A stretch of DNA of 64,000 nucleotides from positions 8,868-72,867 of the forward strand of contig CAYVRK010000014.1 of assembly GCA_964453785.1 (NCBI GenBank), given 5' to 3'. Below, one piece after another: positions 57,202 to 64,000 of this stretch (positions are counted from its first letter, which is position 1; each line of letters opens with the position of its first letter). This DNA comes from an uncultured Bacteroides sp. (GTDB lineage Bacteria; Bacteroidota; Bacteroidia; Bacteroidales; GCA-2748055). The notes under the pieces are model-generated. The model was not told the DNA's origin and made no database searches. It saw only the letters and a list, made by a program, of their open reading frames with translations. The position numbers and the translations under genes were made by a program.

Positions 57202-59136
57202 ATGAAACCATCCATTTTCTTTTTATTCATTCTTTTTGTTCTATCTCCTTTTTCTGCCAACGCCCAGATAATGTTGCCCCAGATCATTGGCGATGGTATG
57301 GTCCTTCAGAGAGACCAAAATATAAAGATCTGGGGATGGGCCTCTGCCGGAGAGGAGATAAGCTTATATATAGAAAACAAAGCATACAAGACCATTGCCG
57401 ACGGAGCCGGTAACTGGGAGATTAATCTTCCTCCACATACTGCAGGAGGTCCGGTGGATTTAACACTCAGGGGAAACAATGAAATGGTCGTAAAAGATAT
57501 ACTTTTTGGTGATGTTTGGTTATGTGCCGGGCAATCGAATATGGTGCTTCCCATGGAACGGGTGAAAGAAAAATATCCCGATGAAATAGCCAATGCCCGT
57601 TACCCGGAAATAAGGAATTTTTTCATCAGTACAGTCACCGATCTTCAGGAGCCGCAGAAGGATTTGCCACCAGGGAAGTGGAAATCCGCCAATCCCGGTG
57701 ATGTAATGACCTTTGGCGCTGTTTCCTATTTTTTTGCCAGGGAGATTTATGAAAAATACCATGTGCCCATTGGCTTAATCAATGCCAGTGTGGGTGGTAC
57801 ACCCATTGAGGCATGGTTAAGCGAAGAAGGATTGAAAGAATTCCCCGGCCTGCTGGATATCATTCAGCAAAACAAAGACACGGCCAGCGTCAATCAAAGG
57901 ATCCGGGTTGCCCGGGCCAATCATGTTGAAAGAGAAGAAGCTGACAAAGGTTTATTGGAACCCATTCAATGGTTTGATCCGGCCTATACCCCAAAGAACT
58001 GGAGAAACATTCACATTCCCGGATATTGGGAGGACCAGGGACTGAAGGACCTGAATGGGGTAGTCTGGTACAGAAAAGAGATCAATGTACCCGCTTCCAT
58101 GACGGGTGTTCCTGCCAGACTTTTTATGGGCAGAATTATCGATGCCGATGTTATGTATGTAAATGGAGTGAAAGTTGGAAATATAACCTATCAATACCCC
58201 CCCCGCAGATATGTACTAAAGCCCGGTATTCTGAAACCAGGAAAAAACACAATCGTAATCAGGGTCATAAACACCAATGGCAAAGGTGGTTTTGTGCCCG
58301 ATAAACCCTATTTTCTTACGGCAAACGGACAGAACATTGATTTGAAAGGGGATTGGGATTATAAAGTCGGCGATGTGTACAAACCGCTTATCAATCAGAA
58401 AGCGGGATTTTCATTCCAAAACCAGCCGGCCTCCCTTTACAATGCCATGGTAGCCCCCATAAGAAATCAAGCGATCAAAGGTATTCTCTGGTATCAGGGC
58501 GAAACAAATGCAGGAAATCCGGGCCCTTATTATAAGCTATTGCCCGCTTTAATTGATGATTGGCGAAAACAATGGAATAATGATCAATTGCCTTTCCTGT
58601 ATGTACAGCTGGCTAATTTTATGGACCGGGATTTCCTGCCTGTTGAAAGCAACTGGGCCGAACTGCGCGATGCCCAGTTGAAGGCGCTTTCTGTGCCCAA
58701 TACTGCCATGGCAACAACCATAGATCTGGGAGAGTGGAACGACATTCATCCGTTGAACAAGAAAGATGTGGGATACAGGCTTGCACTCGGAGCAAGATAT
58801 CTGGCATACGGTGAAAAAGAACTTGTTTATTCCGGGCCTATATACAGTTCATATGCAATCCGGGGAAATCAGATTATCATCTATTTTGACCATACCGGAT
58901 CCGGACTGATGTCTCTTGATGATGAGCCGCTGAGTCAATTCGCCATTGCAGGGGCTGACAGGAAATTTGAATGGGCCGATGCGAAAATAGTAAACGGTAC
59001 TGTGGTGGTTTCCAATAAGCATATTTCTAATCCGGTTTACATCCGATACGCCTGGTCCAATAATCCGGACGGAGCCAACCTCTATAACAAAGAGGGCTTG
59101 CCGGCCTCTCCTTTTCAAATTGAACCTGATGAATGA
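57202..59136 (+). CDS. Sialate O-acetylesterase (SASA, SGNH) with internal beta-sandwich
   Basis: MVLQR, GDVWLCAGQSNM, GGTPIEAW, GILWYQGETN, DIHP.NK..VG.RLA, RYAW.NNP, GLPASPF. Confidence 0.9.
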   Translation: MKPSIFFLFILFVLSPFSANAQIMLPQIIGDGMVLQRDQNIKIWGWASAGEEISLYIENKAYKTIADGAGNWEINLPPHTAGGPVDLTLRGNNEMVVKDILFGDVWLCAGQSNMVLPMERVKEKYPDEIANARYPEIRNFFISTVTDLQEPQKDLPPGKWKSANPGDVMTFGAVSYFFAREIYEKYHVPIGLINASVGGTPIEAWLSEEGLKEFPGLLDIIQQNKDTASVNQRIRVARANHVEREEADKGLLEPIQWFDPAYTPKNWRNIHIPGYWEDQGLKDLNGVVWYRKEINVPASMTGVPARLFMGRIIDADVMYVNGVKVGNITYQYPPRRYVLKPGILKPGKNTIVIRVINTNGKGGFVPDKPYFLTANGQNIDLKGDWDYKVGDVYKPLINQKAGFSFQNQPASLYNAMVAPIRNQAIKGILWYQGETNAGNPGPYYKLLPALIDDWRKQWNNDQLPFLYVQLANFMDRDFLPVESNWAELRDAQLKALSVPNTAMATTIDLGEWNDIHPLNKKDVGYRLALGARYLAYGEKELVYSGPIYSSYAIRGNQIIIYFDHTGSGLMSLDDEPLSQFAIAGADRKFEWADAKIVNGTVVVSNKHISNPVYIRYAWSNNPDGANLYNKEGLPASPFQIEPDE

Positions 59137-59172
59137 AATAAACACGGGTATCAAATTAAATGTTAGCTATAT

Positions 59173-60528
59173 ATGAAAAATGTAGTGGTGCTTTTTTTTC
59201 TTAGCGCAGCAATGGTTTCACAATCATATGCCCAGTTTAATCAGGCTGCCTGGGATAGTATTCGTGCCCTGACCCAGGCCGATTACTATTTGATGTTGGA
59301 CCAATTGGGCATAGATCCATCGGAAATACGACCAGGCCCGTCCGGAAATCCTTCGGATGCCGATGCGGCAAACACCGATGAATCAAAGGCGAAGACCTAT
59401 GACAGACTACCGGATCCCCTGGTTTTCAACAATGGAGATACGGTTCGAACCGCAACCGAGTGGGTAACAATTCGCCGGGCTGAAATAGTGGAGCTCTTTG
59501 ACCGGGAAATCTATGGGCGGATTCCTGCCGGTGTGCCGGAGGTTACCTGGGAATTAGTTAGCATGAAGGACACCATGGACGGCGCATATCCCGTTAAAAT
59601 CAAGCATTTGATTGGACATGTGGACAATTCCGCTTTCCCGGAAATCAATGTAGATTTAGATTTGGTATTAGGTACACCCGCCCGTTCAACGAAAGCGGTC
59701 CCTGTAGTTACTGAGTTCGGTTTTAACTGGACGGCAGCGCAGCTGGCCAGATTCAGCCGAAGGCCACAAACGGGTTTGACCTGGAAACAACAGCTCCTGG
59801 CCAAAGGCTGGGGTTATGCTGTTCTGGTTCCGGGAACCATCCAGGCGGATAACGGAGCCGGACTTACCCAGGGCATCATCGGACTTGTAAATAAAGGAGA
59901 AACAAGAACGCCCGAACAATGGGGCTCACTCAGAGCCTGGGCTTGGGGTGCGAGCCGGACCATAGACTATTATGTAACGGATCCTGATGTGGATGCAAGC
60001 CGTCTGGGAATCGAAGGGCTTTCAAGGTATGGCAAAGCAGCGATTGTCGCCATGGCCTATGAACCTCGTTTTGCCATTGGTTTTATTGGTTCATCAGGTG
60101 CGGGTGGCACCAAATTGCTTCGCAGAAACCTTGGCGAGCAGGTAGAAAATCTAGCCGGTTCGGGAGAGTATCATTGGTTTGCAGGCAATTTCATCAAATA
60201 TGCAGGGCCATTAACCAAAAATGATCTGCCTGTAGATGCGCATGAACTGGTCGCATTATGTGCTCCAAGGCCCGTCTTCATTAGTTCCGGGTCAGCCAAT
60301 GTAGAAGGCCAGTGGGTCGATGCAAAAGGAATGTTTCTGGGTGGAATGCATGCAGGGCCTGTATACAGGCTTCTGGGAAAAAATGATATGGGTGCCAAAC
60401 AATTTCCTGCCCAGGAAACCACCTTAACAGACGGAGAGATTGCCTTCCGACAGCACGAGGGAGGGCATACCACCGGGCCAAACTGGCCATATTTCATCCG
60501 CTATGCCAGCCGTTACTTTGAAAAATAG
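59173..60528 (+). CDS. CE15 (glucuronoyl esterase-like) carbohydrate esterase
   Basis: LPDPL, LRAWAWGASR.IDY, EGLSRYGKAA nucleophile elbow, SSG.GG, GEQVENL, LPVDAHELVAL.APRP, GGHT. Confidence 0.85.
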   Translation: MKNVVVLFFLSAAMVSQSYAQFNQAAWDSIRALTQADYYLMLDQLGIDPSEIRPGPSGNPSDADAANTDESKAKTYDRLPDPLVFNNGDTVRTATEWVTIRRAEIVELFDREIYGRIPAGVPEVTWELVSMKDTMDGAYPVKIKHLIGHVDNSAFPEINVDLDLVLGTPARSTKAVPVVTEFGFNWTAAQLARFSRRPQTGLTWKQQLLAKGWGYAVLVPGTIQADNGAGLTQGIIGLVNKGETRTPEQWGSLRAWAWGASRTIDYYVTDPDVDASRLGIEGLSRYGKAAIVAMAYEPRFAIGFIGSSGAGGTKLLRRNLGEQVENLAGSGEYHWFAGNFIKYAGPLTKNDLPVDAHELVALCAPRPVFISSGSANVEGQWVDAKGMFLGGMHAGPVYRLLGKNDMGAKQFPAQETTLTDGEIAFRQHEGGHTTGPNWPYFIRYASRYFEK

Positions 60529-60538
60529 TTATGGGAAT

Positions 60539-61750
60539 ATGAAAAAGCTTCAACAACCAATTCATCTTGCAGTCCTACTCCTTTGTATGATGCCGGTTCT
60601 CAGTTGTAAGATTGGTCATGAAAATTCCATGATGGGAGCATTCACCGATCCGGTTCTGGATTCCTGCAAAATAGAGCCTGATCATTCATATTACATTACA
60701 CAGCCCGATCATCATAATTCCGAACAAAAATTTCCTCTGGTTATTGTCATCGATCCTCATGGGGATGGCTTGTCTGCGATGGAAAAATTCAAAGATGCCC
60801 TTAAGGATGTTCCAATTGTTATAGCTGGTTCAAAGAAACTCAGAAATAATTATGACGGGTTTGAAACTTCTATAAAAAATTTGCATAACGATCTGGTTGA
60901 AAAATATCCGGTAGATCCCACAAAGGTTATTGTAGCCGGATTCTCCGGTGGTGCCAGGATGGCCTTGTATTACGGGATGAAGTATCCCGTTTATGGAATC
61001 ATCATGTTTGGCGCCGGTCCGGGGCGGCTAATCGACGGGTTTCCCCAAAAACAAATCTACGGGGTATCCGGGACACGGGATTTTAACTTTATTGAACAAT
61101 ACCGCCCTCTGTTTGATGATATCGGGACTAACTCCAAATATGTGAACGATTATTTCAGGGGAACGCACGCCTGGCCTCCGGAACGATATATTCGGGAAGC
61201 AGTTGTTTTCAGTCTCAGGGAAGCATCGGAACCTTACCGGACTTTTTCACTTGAATATGTTGAAGAATTCCTTGAGGAGTCAGACAGCCTGCAAAGGCAA
61301 AATGACCTGTTTTTTGCCGGTAAAGCGCTTGAGAAAACCTGGTATTTTGCCGCAGGGAGCCCTCAACAAAAACAGTTGTCCGGTAAGATCAATGCCTTTC
61401 GAAACAATCCCGGCTGGTTGGCCTATCGGGAAACAATCGAGTCGTTGCTGAATTCGGAAGTCCAAATGAAACGCATGTACGCTGAACATCTTGTTGAGCC
61501 GGATACGGTCTGGTGGTCAAAGGAATTAAATAGCTTGTTCACCCGAATCAATGTTTGTAAGGACCCCGCTGAAAAGGACTATTATTACCGTTTAAAAGGA
61601 TTTATTGGAATATACCTCTATTCACAAATTAACTCATTCCTGAACAAGAAAGATTCTGGCGATCTAATAAAGCGGTTGATTTGGATATACGAACAGGTTG
61701 AACCTGACTCCCCGGATCTTGTGCGATTTAAAACCAGTGTCTCCTTCTGA
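60539..61750 (+). CDS. Lipoprotein alpha/beta-hydrolase (esterase-like) with helical C-terminus
   Basis: Lipobox VLSC; PLVIVIDPHG, AGFSGGARMA (GxSxG), GTRDFN, GTHAWPP. Confidence 0.7.
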   Translation: MKKLQQPIHLAVLLLCMMPVLSCKIGHENSMMGAFTDPVLDSCKIEPDHSYYITQPDHHNSEQKFPLVIVIDPHGDGLSAMEKFKDALKDVPIVIAGSKKLRNNYDGFETSIKNLHNDLVEKYPVDPTKVIVAGFSGGARMALYYGMKYPVYGIIMFGAGPGRLIDGFPQKQIYGVSGTRDFNFIEQYRPLFDDIGTNSKYVNDYFRGTHAWPPERYIREAVVFSLREASEPYRTFSLEYVEEFLEESDSLQRQNDLFFAGKALEKTWYFAAGSPQQKQLSGKINAFRNNPGWLAYRETIESLLNSEVQMKRMYAEHLVEPDTVWWSKELNSLFTRINVCKDPAEKDYYYRLKGFIGIYLYSQINSFLNKKDSGDLIKRLIWIYEQVEPDSPDLVRFKTSVSF

Positions 61751-62657
61751 ATAAAAGCACTCCGCAAAAGGACAGTAATAAAGAGCAAACAAGTATGAGC
61801 GGCATGGCCCATATTGAATTTTCCATCCGATTTGGCACATTCATACCAAAAATGCTGGCGATCAAAGTGGGAATCATCAGGATGATGGAGATCAGGGTCA
61901 GCTGTTTCATGACCACATTCAGATTGTTGGAAATAACAGAAGCGAATGCATCCATCATTCCACTCTGGATATCAGAATAAATCTCTGCCGTTTCAAGTGC
62001 CTGTTTGTTTTCAATAAAAGCATCCTCAAGCAAATCTTCATTGATTTCGCTCTTGATCTTCTTTGAATTGCGTAGCCTAGCCAACACTATTTGGTTGGCC
62101 TTGATGGAAGTAATAAAATAGACGAGACACTTTTCCATTTTAAGCAATTCATTTAACTCCCTGTTTTTTATTGATTTCTCCAGGTCCTGTTCAATAAGGC
62201 CAGTCTGCCTGTTGATCTGTTTCAGGTAACTTAAATACAAACTCCCACTCCGGAGAAATAACCTTAAGATAAAATTATTAACATCCGTTATCTGCTTGTA
62301 TTGTTCCCTGAAAGGAGAGGACTGTTCAATGGGCAGAATCTCATTGTTTTGCAAGCAAAGTGTGAGGGTAAAATTCTTGGTGATATATATACCAAGAGGC
62401 AAGGTGTGATAGGGTACTCCGTTATTATCGATTTGAACCGGAATTCGCATGATCACCAGGGACCAGTCATCATCAAATTCCACACGGGGCCGTTCATCTG
62501 CGTCCAGAATATCATTGATGGCATCTGCCGGTAAATGAAATTCCTCGGTAAGCCTTTGTATTTCTTCGGGCGTTGGTTGTGTTACATTGATCCAGCACTC
62601 GTTTTCAACTTCGGATATCTCGATATATCCCCCGAATGTTTTAAAGATCTTAATCAT
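61728..62657 (-). CDS. corA: CorA-family Mg2+/Co2+ transporter
   Basis: WINV..PT.EE, LD.DER.R, SNNLN.VMK.LT, FGMN signature, two C-terminal TMs. Confidence 0.95.
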   Translation of the reverse strand: MIKIFKTFGGYIEISEVENECWINVTQPTPEEIQRLTEEFHLPADAINDILDADERPRVEFDDDWSLVIMRIPVQIDNNGVPYHTLPLGIYITKNFTLTLCLQNNEILPIEQSSPFREQYKQITDVNNFILRLFLRSGSLYLSYLKQINRQTGLIEQDLEKSIKNRELNELLKMEKCLVYFITSIKANQIVLARLRNSKKIKSEINEDLLEDAFIENKQALETAEIYSDIQSGMMDAFASVISNNLNVVMKQLTLISIILMIPTLIASIFGMNVPNRMENSIWAMPLILVCSLLLSFCGVLLFRRRHWF

Positions 62658-62753
62658 CTTTTTGCCTCCTTACATGCTTAACCTGTAAGGATACAAAATG
62701 GCCCTACAGATTGGTTAATACTCTGATTGTCTATGATACGGGCCTTCGTCCAT
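62658..62753 (-). promoter_or_regulatory. corA 5' leader with SD-sequestering hairpin and 12-aa uORF
   Basis: mRNA UCCUUACA-GGUUAAGCA-UGUAAGGA hairpin (62667-62691) covers AAGGAGG (62665-62671), 7 nt before ATG; uORF 62753-62715 = MDEGPYHRQSEY*. Confidence 0.6.
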
Positions 62754-62795
62754 TATTGTAGAATTGATTTCGATGCCGAAAGTAGTAAATAATTT

Positions 62796-63980
62796 TCATT
62801 TATTCTCCGGTTTAAGCCGGAGGTGAACCACTCCATGTGCCGGAATGTGTGTTATCATTTTTTTTCCTGTACTTCCAAGAAACTGATGTCCCCATAAATC
62901 CCTGATCCTGTAACCGGGATCAATCCTTAAACGTATCCAGTCAAATTCAACATCAATCCCAATGTCCTCCCTGTTGAAGAAACAGACCGAAAGCTCCCCC
63001 CTTTGCAAGGGTTTGAGATAAACTTCAAATTCACCATCATCAATCACTTTTTTGGCTGAAATCCCAAGTGAATCCTGATCAATTTGTATAACTTCCCGGT
63101 TGGTCAGAATTTCGGTTGTTTCCCGGTCCATTTTTCTTAAATCGTTCCCGGCCATAAGCGGAGCCGCCAGCATAGACCAGAGGCTGAATTGGGATTTTGC
63201 TTCCTCTTCAGTCAGTTCCCCGTTCCCGATCTCCAGCATGTCTGGATCATTCCAGCCGTCCGGTCCATTGAAGGGATCGAGCTGATGCTGCATATCCAGG
63301 TTGATGATCACTCCTCCACCCCACACCTTTCCATCTTTTGCGTCCGGAATATCCCAGTTGTTGCGTATATCACCGGTGGTCCTCCAAAGATGGCCCACAC
63401 GATCAGCCCACAACCAGGGTTTGCTTAATCCCCATTCGCAAAGGCTGAATACCACCGGCCTTCCTGCCTGGTAAATGGCATCGCGCATCAAAGTATAGGA
63501 CGAAATAGCATCCTGGGTACCCGTATTGCACCAGTCATATTTTAAAAAGTCTACTCCCCACAAGGCATAGCTCCTTGCATCCTGGAATTCATACCCCCTG
63601 CTTCCCGGCCTTCCCTGACAGGTAAGGGTTCCTGCACATGAGTAAACGCCAAATTTTAGCCCCAGCTCATGGATATAGTCTGCCAGTACTTTCATCCCCG
63701 AAGGAAATTTCTCGGGATCAGCCAAGATATTGCCCTGCTTATCCCTGCCAACCTGCCAGCAATCATCAATTACGATATACTGATATCCGGCTTCCTTCAT
63801 GCCCGAACTGACCATGGCATCGGCCGCCTCCATGATTACCTGTTCGCTGATCCCGTCACAATTGAAGTAATTCCAACTGTTCCAGCCCATGGGTGGTACC
63901 GGGGCCAATCCTTCAAATTTCTGTGAAAAGAGGGTAAGACCATGGCACAATAAAAGAAACAATGCTATTCTCCTGAACAT
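62796..63980 (-). CDS. Alpha-galactosidase, GH27
   Basis: PPMGWNSWN, YIVIDDCWQ, KFGVYS.AG..TC, WGVDFLKYDWC, WRTTGDI, WNDPDML, APLMAGND. Confidence 0.95.
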   Translation of the reverse strand: MFRRIALFLLLCHGLTLFSQKFEGLAPVPPMGWNSWNYFNCDGISEQVIMEAADAMVSSGMKEAGYQYIVIDDCWQVGRDKQGNILADPEKFPSGMKVLADYIHELGLKFGVYSCAGTLTCQGRPGSRGYEFQDARSYALWGVDFLKYDWCNTGTQDAISSYTLMRDAIYQAGRPVVFSLCEWGLSKPWLWADRVGHLWRTTGDIRNNWDIPDAKDGKVWGGGVIINLDMQHQLDPFNGPDGWNDPDMLEIGNGELTEEEAKSQFSLWSMLAAPLMAGNDLRKMDRETTEILTNREVIQIDQDSLGISAKKVIDDGEFEVYLKPLQRGELSVCFFNREDIGIDVEFDWIRLRIDPGYRIRDLWGHQFLGSTGKKMITHIPAHGVVHLRLKPENK

Positions 63981-64000
63981 CTTTTTCCGGTTTAAAAGTT

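Noticed and set aside
159-63926. Many short antisense or off-frame ORFs in the track (e.g. 159-542, 5545-6141, 13496-14218, 30385-31488, 41906-42541, 50183-50812)
   Set aside because: They lie within well-supported genes on the other strand or frame and show no recognisable motifs; shadow ORFs.
1-64000. Selenoprotein (in-frame UGA readthrough) search prompted by mnmH
   Set aside because: The TGA-ending ORFs I examined end at natural family C-termini; no Sec-type redox motif continues past a TGA.
1-64000. CRISPR arrays, IS/transposases, integrases, prophage genes, rRNA/tRNA
   Set aside because: No spaced direct-repeat array, recombinase motif, phage structural gene or tRNA cloverleaf was found.

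Overview
A 64-kb, gene-dense chromosomal segment of a Bacteroidota (Bacteroidales-like) bacterium. The assignment rests on repeated TAnnTTTG sigma-A '-7' promoter boxes, near-absence of Shine-Dalgarno sites, and typical Bacteroidetes gene sets (dtd-MazG-deoC, ECF sigma/anti-sigma/OM barrel, beta-propeller+Y_Y_Y sensor). I see no rRNA, tRNA, CRISPR array, integrase or transposase. Content: housekeeping and tRNA-modification genes (pepE, mnmH/selU, U32, rsgA, dtd, deoC, mtaB, garR, corA), signalling proteins, a TetR-controlled LolA-like/ABC/OM-barrel operon, an RND efflux operon and a carbohydrate-enzyme cluster (GH65-like, sialate O-acetylesterase, CE15, GH27). Best leads: (1) an LRR lipoprotein with a Gly/Cys-TM-basic C-terminal tail directly upstream of a CPBP intramembrane protease, a candidate sortase/target pair; (2) an orphan promoter plus an end-paired ~80-nt structure and U-tract between convergent genes, a candidate sRNA; (3) a corA leader with a 12-codon uORF and a hairpin-sequestered SD; (4) a divergent, archaeal-type ThyA homologue overlapping a DNPH1-like dNMP N-hydrolase; (5) a shared ECF promoter motif at three loci; (6) a tandem-PBP/beta-propeller/PP2C sensor phosphatase. 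All family assignments are motif recognition by eye; no database search was run.
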